A DNA stretch of 64,000 nucleotides from Octopus sinensis (lineage: Eukaryota), in NCBI RefSeq assembly GCF_006345805.1, contig NC_042997.1:78864001-78928000 (forward strand). The letters run 5' to 3'. The notes beneath the pieces are model-generated. The model saw only the letters and a list, made by a program, of their open reading frames with translations, was not told the DNA's origin and made no database searches. This document shows, one piece after another, positions 23,920-37,199 of this stretch (position 1 is the stretch's first letter; the number at the start of each line of letters is the position of its first letter). Position numbers and translations under genes: made by a program.

Positions 23920-25262
23920 ACATAATTCCCAGGGACAAAAAATCTTCATGAGACATAGGTCAAAGAACTCAAAGTGGCTGATTAGACAACTGACAGATAG
24001 AGAGAAGTCTGTCTTCACAAAGACGCTCCTAGAAATTGAAAGCAAGATCAAACTCTCTCATGAAAGGGAAAGAACAGAGAGAGAGAGAGAGGGGGGGCTG
24101 TGGAAAGCATAAAAACAATTCTCAAAGCTTTCTATAAGTTTGCAAAGGAAACAGCTACAATACAATATAAAATAGGACCATTGTTCCAAGGAAATGACTC
24201 ACTGACAGCAGACCCAGGAAGAATAAGTGAAATACTCAGTGAACAATTTAAAAGTCCACACTTGGACACATGCAGATAAAAAAAATCCAGCTGAATTCTT
24301 TGATATTGCAGCTCTAAAAAAAGGAGGCACCAGCCATCTATACATCAACATTGAAGATGCCGATGACACAAAATTGTCACAAGCAGTAAAAAACCAAGAG
24401 GATGTTACAAGCATACAGCGGGAACTGAACTCAGTGTACAAGTGAGCTGAAATAAACAACATGCAGTTTAATGCCGGAAAATTTCAAGTACAGCAATATA
24501 AACTCAGTACAAATACAGTACAATGTACATTTACAGGACCTGAAAGCACTACAATCCCAGAGTCACAGGCAGTAAAAGACTTGGGGATCAACATGTGCAA
24601 TGACACAGCATTTCATATGCACATAAGCAAGATGGCAGCAAAATGCAAACTGGCAGGATGGATACTGAGGTCCTTCAAGACAAGAGACAAAGAAATTATG
24701 TTGACCCTGTGGAGAACCTTTGTTCCCAGTTATGGTCACCACATAGTGCCAAACTAACAGCGGAGCTTGGAGCAGTCCAACGCCACTACACTAAAAAGAT
24801 CGAAACAGTGCAGTGGATGAGCTATAGAGATAGGCTGAGAAAACTACAACTCTGCTCCTTGGAGTGAAGGTGTGACAGATACATAATAATATACATATGA
24901 AAATTCCTAGAAGGGCTAGTATGTAACTTTAGCATTGAGTGTTATACAAATGCCAGAACCTGTTGCCATTGTATTGTATCAAAGGTGCTGTCCACTCCAT
25001 CTAAATTCAGGACCAGGTATTGTAATAATATATGGTTCAATGCCCTGCCACAAAAATTAGGAAATTGGCATAAGGTGGGAGTAGATGTCTCCAAAAAGGA
25101 ATTAGACATCCTCCTCTCCACAATACTGGATGAACCAAGAGCTGGGAAAAAGGTACATACAGGAGTGGTGATGTGAAACACCCAGACTGAGGAAGTCAGA
25201 AAGACCATGGTGGTGCTCCAGCATGACCACAGTCGCATGGCTGAAATGAATAAAAGAGTAAA
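23920..25262 (+). mobile_element. CR1/L2-group LINE, decayed RT C-terminal half plus 3' tail
   Basis: LYINIEDADDTKL, MQFNAGKF, VKDLGI, GWILRSFKTRD and RLRKLQLCSLE motifs in ORFs 24227-24867; tail ends AATAAAAGAGTAAAA. Confidence 0.8.
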
Positions 25263-25265
25263 ATA

Positions 25266-25318
<53 letters not shown>

Positions 25319-25322
25319 TATA

Positions 25323-25354
<32 letters not shown>

Positions 25355-25429
25355 TGAGAGAGAGGATATAAATATATATATATATATATAAATTATATAT
25401 ATATATAAATGTAAATATTTATTTATTTA

Positions 25430-25985
25430 TTTAGTTATGCGTTTCAACAAGGTGGCTGCGGTCGTGCTGGAGCACCACCATGACTATCCCTCCTTATGCT
25501 GTGCTCTGTGCACATTCCTTGCATGGCTCTTCTCTGCCACTGATGTAGTTCAATCAAGACTTTCAATGGCACATCTGGTATATAAGAGAATTTGACATCA
25601 CTGCCTTCAACTGTGTCTTATTTTGAGCCATCAGTTCATCTGGTATCATGGATAAGAAATTGTCGAGTTTTGTTTTGAAGACCTCTATATCCATGTATGG
25701 CAGGTCTCTCAATTGTTTAGGCAGGGCATTAAAGAGCTGAGGTCCTCTGAAACCGAGGCTATTGCAGTACCTTGTTCTTATGTGAGATGCAGTGGACGGT
25801 ACCCTTCATACTATGCAGTGGTGACCTGTGCGGGCATTCGTGTAGTACTTGGTGCCAAAGTTTGGTACTAGTCCTTCCAGTATTTTCCCTATGTAAATTA
25901 TTACATATCTCTCCCGCCTGCACTCAAGGGAGTAGAGACTTAGTGCCTTCAGTCGCTCCCTGAAGTTCATCTGCTGGACTTTGGC
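25430..25985 (-). mobile_element. CR1/L2-group LINE 3' fragment
   Basis: RERLKALSLYSLECRRERYVIIYIGKILEGLVPN in ORF 25806-26096; tail ends in (TAAA)n facing the + copy across a (TA)n tract. Confidence 0.8.
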
Positions 25986-26027
25986 GATCCTACACCTATA
26001 TATATATATATATATACACACACACAT

Positions 26028-26195
26028 AGGTGCAGGAGTGGCTGTGTGGTAAGTAGCTTGCTTACAAACCACATGGTTCCGGGGGTTCAGTCCCACTGCA
26101 TGGCACCTCGGGCAAGTGTCTTCTATTATAGCCTCAGGCCAACCAAAGCCTTGTGATTGGATTTGGTAGACGGAAACTGAAAGAAGCCCGTCGTA

Positions 26196-26243
<48 letters not shown>

Positions 26244-26370
26244 CGTGTGTGTATGTTTGTCCCCCCAACATTGCTAGACAACTGATGCTAGTGTGTTTAC
26301 GTCCTCGTAACTTAGCGGTTCGGCAAAAGAGACCGGCCACAGTCAAATGACTGAAACAAGAATAAGAATA
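26028..26370 (+). mobile_element. SINE family B (internal deletion near the 3' end)
   Basis: AGGTGCAGGAGTGGCTGTGTGGTAAGTAGC head; GGCACCTCGGGCAAGTGTCTT; internal (TA)n. Confidence 0.88.
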
Positions 26371-26419
26371 TATATATATATATATCATATAAATGTTATA
26401 TATATCTTACATTTTACAT

Positions 26420-26828
26420 AGGTGCAAGTGTGGCTGTCTGGTAAGTAGCTTGCTTACTAACCACATAGTTCTGGGTGACACCTTGGGCAAGTGTCTTCTA
26501 CGATAGCCTCGGCTGACCAAAGCCTTGTAAGTGGATTTGGTAGATGGGAACTGAAAGAAGCCTGTCATGCATATATATATATATACATACATATGTATGT
26601 ATGTGTGAGTGTGTGCATGTGTGTGTGTATGCTTGTGTATTTGTGTTTGTCCCCCTACTATTGCTCTGACTATCGATGTTAGTGTGTTTATGTCCCCATA
26701 ACTTAGTGGTTTGGCCACCAATACAATAAGTACTAGTCTTAGAAAGAATAAATCCTGGGGTCAGTTTATTTGACTACAGGTGGTGCTCCAACCTGACCGT
26801 GGTGAAATGACCAAAACAAATAAAAGAA
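26420..26828 (+). mobile_element. SINE family B
   Basis: Same head, body and tail as the other family-B copies. Confidence 0.85.
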
Positions 26829-26836
26829 TGTTATAT

Positions 26837-27288
26837 CTCTTTTTTTACTCTTTTACTTGTTTCAGTCATTTGACTGTGGCCATGCTGAAGCACCGCCTTT
26901 AGTCGAGTAAATCGACCCCGGAACTTATTCTTTGTAAGCCCAGTACTTATTCTATCGGTCTCTTTTGCCGAACCGCTAAGTGACGGGGACGTAAACACAC
27001 CAGCATCGGTTGTCAAGCAATGCTAGAGGGACAAACACAGACACACAAACATGTACACACACACATATATATAGATGAGTTGTAGTGCACCTGAGCACTG
27101 TACACAATTATTATTTTATACATATATACGACAGGCTTCTTTCAGTTTCCGTCTACCAAATCCACTCACAAGGCACTGGTCGGCCCGAGGCTATAGCAGA
27201 AGACACTTACCCAAGATGCCACACAGTGGGACTGAACCCGGAACCATGTGGTTGGTTAGCAAGCTACTTACCACACAGCCAGTCCTGT
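26837..27288 (-). mobile_element. SINE family B, tail-to-tail with the preceding copy
   Basis: Reverse complement of the family-B structure; low apparent divergence. Confidence 0.88.
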
Positions 27289-27289
27289 A

Positions 27290-27544
27290 TATATAATATG
27301 TTACATATATAGATTATATATATGATATAGATTATATATATGATATATTATATAAATTTCTTATATGCTATATAGATATATTATATATATAATGTTATGT
27401 AATATATATATATGTGTATATATATATATATGTATTGGAAGGTTTGGAGATATATATATATATGTATGTATATATATATATGTACATATATATGTATATA
27501 TATATATATATATATGTATATATGTTATATATATATGTAATATG

Positions 27545-27582
<38 letters not shown>

Positions 27583-27732
27583 TACACATATATGTATATA
27601 TATATGTATATATATATATATATGTGTATATATATATACATATATATATGTAGATATATATATATATGATATATATATATATATGTAAATATATATATAA
27701 TATATATACATATATGTATATATATATATGTA

Positions 27733-27781
<49 letters not shown>

Positions 27782-27789
27782 CATATATG

Positions 27790-27823
<34 letters not shown>

Positions 27824-28011
27824 TATATAACATATATGTATATATATATATATTACATATATGTATATATGTTATATATATGTAGATATATATATATATA
27901 TATATATAATATATATATATGTATGTATATATATATATATGTATGTAGATATATATATATATGTATGTAATATATATATATACATATAAATATAAATATA
28001 TATATATATAC

Positions 28012-28042
<31 letters not shown>

Positions 28043-28137
28043 AATATATATATATATATATAATATATACATATAATATATATATATATATATATACATA
28101 TAATATATATATATATATATATATTTATATGTATATG

Positions 28138-28183
<46 letters not shown>

Positions 28184-28189
28184 TATATT

Positions 28190-28240
<51 letters not shown>

Positions 28241-28284
28241 TATACATATAAATATATATATAATATATATATATATACATATAC

Positions 28285-28330
<46 letters not shown>
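27290..28330. repeat. Imperfect (TA)n/(TATATG)n microsatellite array, about 1 kb
   Basis: Directly visible. Similar arrays at 16735-17000, 17390-17560, 21185-21375, 21715-22015, 25263-25420, 51608-51830, 52596-53000 and 56462-56735. Confidence 0.97.
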
Positions 28331-28332
<2 letters not shown>

Positions 28333-28959
28333 CAGTGAGTGGTCACTCGACTTTCTAGAAATAGCAGCCAAATCTTTACAGTTGTACTTCTTGACTAATA
28401 AAAAAGTGGACTGGCCATGAGTGGAACGTCTTTTATAATAAGTCTGGTGAGTCAAGGCCACGTTGCGTATAAACAACAATAATGTAATCTAAAACTTGTG
28501 CAAGTATTCGTGAACGGAAACCATCTCCGGAGGTTGTGGGTACAACCTTTTCTTGGAATGAGTGAGAAAGTCGTCTCTTGCGGTTGTTATACAACTTAAG
28601 GTAAACACGTGATGTTGTTTGTACACAAGCCAAACCTAAGTTAGTGTGGGTAGTTATGTACAGCGAAATATAATTTAACGTAGTGAGTTGGAAAATTTAT
28701 GATATTCAGAATCTCTGATTTCCATTTCCAGCACATATTTAACACATTTATTTGCAAATATCATACATTTAAAAAAAGAAAACAAATTTTTCTTGATACA
28801 TGTAGTAATACATGTTATATTAGTTGACAAGCTTCTACTGAATATTTAATACTCTAAAAATTTTTTGGAATAATTATTGTAATGAAATTGAACCATCTAT
28901 TAATTTTATTGGCACGAAGAAAATGGTGATAAAAGTTTAATAAGTTTCATAAAAATACA

Positions 28960-29197
28960 TTAACAAAATCTGTCGGAATTGCGAAGGAAATGCACTGCGG
29001 TTCTCTGTAAATAGTGCGAAAGAAGAAAATCTAGGTATCACTGCGCTACGTTACCCCCGCCATTATTGTAGAGTACCTGGCTACATGGTGAATTACTTTA
29101 CTCTTTCAAAGTTAACTATACTTTGATAGATTTCGTAATTCTGTTTTTTTTTACCTTGATAAAAACAGATATAAACGTCTAATCACGAGTTAGTGCC
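28960..29197 (+). promoter_or_regulatory. Candidate promoter/5' UTR of the LIM gene
   Basis: Unique sequence visibly richer in CpG than its flanks; CCCCGCCATT (YY1-like) at about 29056-29065; strong Kozak GCCATGG at 29195-29201 with an in-frame upstream TAA at 29180. Confidence 0.35.
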
Positions 29198-31103
29198 ATG
29201 GATGGATACTCTGATGATATAGACAAAGATATTAATCGGTTTAAAGAGGATTTAAGTATGTTTGAAGTACCCACACCACAAACATACTGGCGCGAGGTGA
29301 CAGCCAAAAAATCAGACACATCTGCAGGAGAAGAATTTAAATGCAAACAGAGCCTATATATGGCACACATGCAGCAAAAACAGTCTGCACAAATGAAATA
29401 TAGTCAAAAAACACTTGTAAGTTCAACTGGTTTCGGCTCCGGTATCGAACACCCTTCTAACTTGCTTCATCACCACCAACAGCTACATCAACAGTTAATG
29501 CATATTCGAGGAGATTCGAAGCCACCGATTCCGATCCTTCTTGGTCAGTCAAATTTAGGAACAACTTCTAATATGAAACCAGTAATGTCCATATTTCCTC
29601 AACCAGGTAGTAACTTATTACCTTTTCATACTCCGTCTATCACAGGTTCACCTCTTGGAGAACCAACATCGTCCTTGATATCATTTCCTCGTTATTCGGA
29701 CACGGTAGGGTTAAGAAATTCTTCCTCTGCAACTTCTTCTTCTTTCCCAAGTAGTACTATTCCGCCACCACCACCTCCACCTTCATCTGCAGCCTTGGCT
29801 GCGGCAGCCGCTGCACATGCTTCACCTCCACTTTTACCTCTTCCAGGTATTGTAATGACGACATCCACTTCAACTCCAACTATGATACCCATACAGATAA
29901 ATTCTAACCAGTCTTTGTCTAATGCTGCTAATACTAATGTTAACACCAGGTCACAACAATCTGGTTCGACTTTTTCTAGTCCCCGTTCAAGTCTAGGTAG
30001 TGGCGGTGGTGCTGATTCTAAAAATTCCAGTCCACGTACTAGTGTCATCGGACCACCAGCTCCACCTTTACCTTTGTCAGTAGTTTATGATCAACGAATG
30101 AGTAGTCCACGATCTAGTATAGCCAGTTCGAAATCTAGTGTTAGTGCTGGTTCAATAGATTCCAAACAATCTAGTCCAAGAGCCAGCCTAACAGGAGTTT
30201 TGTATGATCGATACCCTAGTCCTAGAAGTAGTATTGTTATGACTAACAACGAAAGGTCTTTCAGTTCCCATCCTGACACCATACTTAATTCGAATACTTA
30301 CTCATCTCATGTTAATCACCAGACTATGATGGTGCAAAATACCAATACAGGCGGCGGTTCTCGATCAATTTTAACTGACAGCAGATTTAATGAACCGGCT
30401 CCACATATTTACAATGAGCTTAAATATCGAACTCATCCTATTATTGTCTCTTCCCCTTCGACTGACATAACTTCCGATTCCACAACACAGCCAATTTATG
30501 CTAATACTACTCAGTTCTTACAAACATCTGTAAATAATACTACACAAAATCAAAGCCCCTACATCAGTGGCGGTATACCTATTCAAACCACTGCTCACAA
30601 CATTCCTCGACCTCCTGTACCAGGTAATATCGCATCAATGAATTTGCCATTATATTATGAAACAATACCTCCGAAAAAAAATGGACTTTCGGATGCTGAA
30701 GAGAAACTTGCTGCCTTAACACAACAGTTAGAAAATGATATGCGTATATCGACAACTCGTAAACCCGTTGATATCCCTAAGGAACCTCCTCCACCTTATC
30801 ATGGTCCTCATAAAACTGAACCAATGCCTGGTAGTACATCATCAAGAGTTCCTTTGAAATATGCCAATGCACCAACAAGTGTTGCGAATGAGGACATGGT
30901 ATCTAATCAATTCTCGCAACCCACTTCAACATATATTCAACCGACTTCAGAGACTCTTCCAAAATTATCTGTTTCACCACATCTAACTTATCAAGTGACC
31001 CCTGGACCAAGCAAAGGTCCATCTGAAGCAGAAAAGAAACTAGCAGCTTTAACACAACAGCTAGAAGATGATATGGAGAATAATCCTCAGGGAGAGTACT
31101 ATG
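29198..31103 (+). CDS. WTIP: Ajuba/LIMD1/WTIP-family LIM protein, large first coding exon (pre-LIM region, 635 codons plus 1 nt)
   Basis: Long Ser/Pro-rich ORF with SPRxS repeats, ending GPSEAEKKLAALTQQLEDDMENNPQGEYYG, matching the family motif just before LIM1 (cf. LIMD1 ELKLEALTQRLEREMD...DYFG); phase-1 donor G|GTAGGT at 31104. The symbol denotes the presumed single invertebrate jub/WTIP-like orthologue; LIM exons were not seen. Confidence 0.8.
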
Positions 31104-33730
31104 GTAGGTTTAAAATCTTTTGTTCAACTTGATTGCTTTTAGAAACATCAGACATATTCATTGATTTCTATAACACACATGTTATCACACATTGTTATTG
31201 TGATTTGTGTCAAAATCAATCAATTTAACAACCTACCATATTAAAATGGTTTTTGTCATTTGAATGAAGGGGAGGGTCAATAATATTGAGTTTGAATATT
31301 TATTGTACAACATATAATTATCATTTGAGATATAATTTCGGTCTGTAGTTGGCGAGAAATGATAGTTCTATGTAACATCAAGGCTGTATATCATAGTGGG
31401 TGTAGGGGAAATGAACTAATTTTGTATTTCTATTTAACTGAATAGAAGAGACGTAGTCATGAGCAAAAGAAATATTGCATTACCAGTTTTTTTGGGTTTT
31501 TTTGCCTGAATATTTTAGGTTTTCCGGTGTATCTTTGTGTTCCTGAGTAGGACACTTCTTTCATTCAGGGGTAATTTATTGCAGCTGTTTACCATACCTG
31601 TCCTTAACGTGTCTTGACACTCCTCATCGACTCCTATTTCCTCTTTAGTGTCAACTAATTCATCATCTCTCGCGGTTACGTACGACAGTTGGTAGCTAAC
31701 ATGGTCTCAGATGTAAAGTCGTTTTATAAAATATGTAAAAGTCTTTATTGATGTATTGAGGAAGAGTTTTTCCTCCATTACCATATTTGAATCGATAATA
31801 AAAAAAGTAGCCGCAATGTTAGTTACATGTCAGAGAAATCTGCAAATATATGATAATAGACGACATTTAAATAAGCATGAGCTTATTCTAGCCCCTTGTC
31901 TGTTATGTTATATATCCTACATATACAGTTCTCAGTTATTGAAGTAAGACTGAAAGACCATAAATATATTAGTAGTAGTTTTCAATTTGTTAATCACTTC
32001 AAAGTACACAAGGACCACTCAACAACAATTTCCAACCTGTATCTCACTACTCATCTATTATATCTTCTGCTTTGACACTTCAGAATTCTATTATTCCAAT
32101 GTGTCATCTTTATATGTTGCTAAAAATAAACGTGTACGAACATGGAGGAAATCTACATAACATTGTTATTACTATGCAACTGTGTTTCATGTTTTCTTTT
32201 CGTTAACTAATTTTCTCAAATTCTGGATTAACTATATCATGAAACTATAGTTTTCATTTTTAATGTTGAAAATATTCTAATTAAAAAATGCTGTTTGGTA
32301 CTTTGATGTGTCTGTATTTTACTACTATGTCAAGTGGACCTCTCAAACATCCTGTACTCTAATAATGAATTAGAGCTGAAGTAGGATATGTGATTATGTA
32401 CCAGGTGACAAGACAAGGTTCTGAAATGAAATCTTTTCCACCAGTTTCCCCTGGCAATAGAAGGGAAATAATGTCAGGTGTGTTTATCTTCAAACTGAGT
32501 ACTTCGTTAGAAATAGGAACCATTCTCCCCAAAATGTTAAGAAGAAAAACTGACACATTGAACACTGTCTGTAAAAATATATAAAAAGAAGACATGGACT
32601 GATGGTTGGAATACTTTGGTCATAGGGTTGCTATATCAGAACTGTCTAGAGGCTACTTTTAAATTTCATACAATTTCCATTCATGTTCATTTGAGGCACC
32701 TAACCTTTCTCATATAGATATCACAATTCATGTTGTACTTCACTACCAAACCCATCACTAAAAACTTTCCTCAGTTCATCCTTATTCTCTTTTCCTATGA
32801 ACATCAACCTTCAGGAGTCCTGATAGACATCAGCCATGTTGAGATAGGGCTGTCCCTCCTCCTATGTATACAATAACAAATAATAAAATAAGCTTGATAT
32901 GACACTGTGGCTGTTGAAGTTCTAGTCTCTCCTGGGCTGGGTTTCTGTGTAAGGATTTTATAAAAGTTAGACTTACATCACTACCAGAAATATCAACATG
33001 ATACTGAAAAAGGTATATAGATATTTTGGTGCATAAGCAAAGAAATAATGAAAAATAACCTTCTGGTCTTTTGCTAAGAAGCTCTCTTTTAACTTTGTTA
33101 CATCTCCCTTACACATCATTCCACAATGTGTGATGGACTTATTCTGTAACCTAGTTTAGTACCATCAGCTGGCACATAGGGTTCCTCTAGTGGAAACCAC
33201 CTTGTTGCAAGCATCCAGGCCACTTACAGTGTGAGGATCCTACCTTCTTCTAGCCTTCGAGGCATTGCAAAGTGTCATGAGCACTGATTTCCATTTTAAA
33301 ATATTTTTTACGGCTTAGTTAGGAGAAGAAAGAATCACTTAGACCAGATACCTACTTCAAATACTTGAATGTTGCTAAGAGCATTCAAAGGTCTGGTTAC
33401 AGTGTTAAAATGATCATTGGATTAGATTTACCTCTGCAAAATAACCTTATGAGTTTCATCACATTTTCTGTATACCCCATATCACTTACTCACTCCTTTC
33501 TTCTTTCCTTCCTTCCTTCCTTTATGATCCCATCACTTCACTATCATATTGTACACATTAGCCAAATGTGAAACTTCTATTGTCACCTTTTAAACTTTTC
33601 TTCTTTTATAGGTATTTACCTCAATGTATAAAAATAACTTAAAATGCTATGACCACTTTACAACTAAAACATCCATAGTTTCTACAAATGATAAGCTTTA
33701 TAGTCTGCTATCTTTCATGGTGACCACATA

Positions 33731-34575
33731 TGAGGTGATATCAAAAGGTTCCTGGACTAATTATGTATAGTAAAGAATAATTTATTTACCTAATAATAAT
33801 TTATTTAAAATCACCTCCTTTGAAATAGTCATCTTGTGCAGCAATACACTGGTCCCAGTGTTCCTGTCATTTTTTGTAAGTGAGTCAAGGACCTTCTGTG
33901 GTTCACTCTGGATCTCGACAGTGGTGTTAAAACAGCAACCTTTGAGCTGCATTTTCATCTTGGGAAAGAGATGGAAGTCCGCAGGTGCTAAATCTTGCAA
34001 ATAGGGTGGGTGCAGAAGCAATACCATATTTTTGGTAAGAAACTCACATGTGAGGGAGAGCTTGAAGAATCCAGTTCTTCATGCTCCACAGATATAGTTG
34101 TTTTCGCCAAATGGTCTCCCTCAAACATTTTAAAACGTCACTGTAGAACTCTCAATTGATGATCTGGTCCGGCAGGAATGAATTCTCAATACACTATACC
34201 ACATTTCCAAGGGTGACACCTGTGGCAGGTCTTCCAGATCATTCATCATCTTCCAGGGATGTTCTTTCACTTTCGAAGCATCAGTGCCACTTGAAATATA
34301 TCCCATTGCCTCATCACCATAAGCTTACTGAAGCATGCTCAATGTGTCTGTAGTAGACTTCCGAAGTTTAATGCAAAATTTCACATTGGCTCTTTGTTTC
34401 TGTCTATGACAAAATTACAGACTACAGCATAAATGTGATCACAAACACACAAATTTCACAACTCGCAAAGTAAACACAGCGATGTCACTTGGCACCACTG
34501 CCTCATGAAGGTCACTGCTAATTCTCACTGCACATGCAAGCAGAAGTAGTTTGGGAACTTTTTGATACCATCTTA
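33731..34575 (-). mobile_element. Internally deleted mariner element
   Basis: TIRs TA|TGAGGTGATATCAAAAGGTTCC and GGGAACTTTTTGATACCATCTTA|TA; transposase pieces EQRANVKFCIKL (N-terminal) and LHPPYLQDLAPADFHLFPKMK (C-terminal). Confidence 0.88.
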
Positions 34576-34742
34576 TATTTACACTATAGCCAAAACTGTA
34601 TTGCAAATACTTTTCCTTCATAACAAGAAATGCTTTTAGCTATGAACAGTTGTTGAGTCTACACAAGGCACAAGTGCATTAAAACACTGCTCACATATCT
34701 GCTAGTGTGTTTTTATACACACACACACACACTCAGAACTTG

Positions 34743-34915
34743 AGGTGCAGACATGGTTGTGAAGTTAAAAAAATTTGCTTCCCAACCATAAGTTTCAGGT
34801 TCAGTCTGCTGCCAGGTACCTTTGGCAAGTGTCTTCTATTATAGCCCCGGGCTGTCCAAAGCCTTGGAAATGTATTTGAAGGGTGAAAATTGAAAGAAGC
34901 CTGTTGCATTTGTGT
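34743..34915 (+). mobile_element. SINE family B, 5' half, decayed
   Basis: Head plus GGTACCTTTGGCAAGTGTCTT. Similar partial copies at about 7340-7460 (-), 9640-9720 (-) and 45135-45240 (+). Confidence 0.65.
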
Positions 34916-36267
34916 ATATGTATGTGTTTCTGTGAGTGATTTCATATTCCCATCATCTACATGTGTTTTGCTCACTGGTTGTAAACAGTACCTTCACTTA
35001 CAATGCAGTCTGCTACAAAAGCATGTCCATGTTACTGGACATGTTGCATGATCTTTGTAAACAAAAGATCATTTCACTGTCATTAGTTTCCAGTTCTCCA
35101 TGTAAGTGTGTCCAGGCCCTTTGGTATTTGTTAGACTGTGAGATTATTACCTCTATGGGAAATAGGTGGGGATTGGCGACTGGAAGTGCATGTAGCTATA
35201 GAAAACTCTGATCCGTGCAAGCATCGAAAAGGAGATATTTAAATAATGATGATTCTAGACCACATCCAGACTGATAGATAATCTTTAATAGTATGGCCTA
35301 CTATACTCACCAGCATGCTATTCTCACTACTAAAGTACTATAATACTAAGCCACTGAATTACCAAAGTACCTACCGTCCTTTTCAAAGCCCACTCTATGT
35401 ATTTACTGCTCTTCTCAATTCTTACTGTACATCATCACCTTCAGATCATGTATGAAACAGTACTTTCTTCCTTGAATTTTCATGGAAATTCCTTCACTAA
35501 CCACACTTTTTCTGTAGTTATCTTTTGGATGAATCTAACCTCATTCACATTAATTACACCTGTTTGAGAAGGTTTACCTTGGCGGTGGTCATTGCATGAT
35601 CTTTTTATTTAAAAACAAATTCTTGCTTATATCACTACCTTTTCTATACCAGATGATTATTTACTTCTTCAACTTTATTTATAATTTATAGTCTGATCCT
35701 TGTATACCATTCAATATATATAGTCTTCATTTCCTTATTTGTATGTACAGACACCCTCATGTTATGAAATCATTATATCTGCATTTCATACTAGAATAAG
35801 CTGGATGAGATGTCAAAGTTCAAATCAATTCTTATTTGGAATTACTGTCTCTTAGACCAGTTGGATGGCCTCATCTTACTCATATTTGCTGTAACATGGA
35901 ATTCTATAAGGGATTCCTGTATGAGTATTTTATTTTTATCCATTTTCTTACATAGTCTGTTGCAACTTTCAAATGTAATATCTTCTAAATTCAGCGAAAA
36001 TAGTCACTATTTTTATTATTATTCTTATGGTAATTTTGTAAACATTTCATTTATACTGAGGACCAACCTAGAAGAAACAACTTCTACAGCTATGGTAAAG
36101 GAGATCTGTCAAGGAGGTGCTTCTTTCAAATGAAATTGAGCAGTAAGGACTGAACTCTATAAGCCAAAGTTCTTATTGCATCATGATAAAGTATACTAGA
36201 CCCTGCCTCTGCTTCTGCTCTGTTTATTTATTATTTTTTTTTGTTTTGTGCCAGACTTAATATGTGA

Positions 36268-36545
36268 AGGTGTGTGGTCTAGTGGTTAGGGTGTTGCACT
36301 CATAATTGTAAGATTATGATTTTCATTCCCAGACTGGATGATTCATTGTGTTCTTGAGCAAAACATTTCATTTCACATTGCTCTAGGCCACTCAGTTGTA
36401 AATGAATTCCAGAAAGTTATCCTGTGGTGGTCTGGCATCCCATTCAGGAGAAAGTGTTGTTATCTCAGTGACTTCCATGCTAAGCAAACTGAGCTAAACT
36501 CCAGCCTCATGAGTCCTAGTGCTCATAATAGACCTAAGTCTAGTT
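36268..36545 (+). mobile_element. tRNA-headed SINE family C, decayed
   Basis: GAAGGTGTGTGGTCTAGTGGTTAGGG head and TGTGTTCTTGAGCAAAACATTTCATTTCAC shared with 48824-49078. Confidence 0.7.
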
Positions 36546-37199
36546 TAATACTATCTCCTATTTGCTGTATTTCAAGCATTTGCTCTGGGTCCCTGCCTTG
36601 AGTCAATTGATATCCTACATCAAGGTCTACCACCAGGTAATGCTGGGGTCTAAACCTGTGGGTAATACCTTAAGAGGATGCCATATCAGTTAGCACCTAA
36701 ATCCATTACCTTGATGCATCTCCCCGACAAGTGCAAAATTTAGAGAAGCCCACATATGGCCATTGACTTCCAACTTGGCTACTGACATGGTTTGAAGAAT
36801 GGTTTTCTTTTCATGGGACTGAGATACCTGGTGCTTTGCTGTACTCAAGAAGATCTGTCCTTCACTACAGAAGTGCTAAGGCCACTCTGTCTAATGAAAA
36901 GGATTGGGCTGCAAGAATTGTGTACCTGTGCAACATAAAAGCACTCGTGGTGCCATGTTAAAAGCATCCAGCACACACCGTAAAATGTTTGGCACTAGGA
37001 AGGGTATCAAGCCAAATCAGACTGGAAACTGGTACTGTTCTCCAGCTTGCCAGCTCTTGTCAAACCATCCGACCCATGCCAGCATGGAAAATGGACATTA
37101 AAGGATGATGATGATTATGAGTCTTGCTTTTCCTGTTTTCTACAAATAATCATCCACTTACATCAAAATAAAGAAAAAGAAAACAAATAGCAAGAAACA

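Noticed and set aside
29692-30282. Antisense ORFs (118 aa and 63 aa) overlapping the LIM-gene exon
   Set aside because: Shadow ORFs of a Ser/Pro-rich coding frame.
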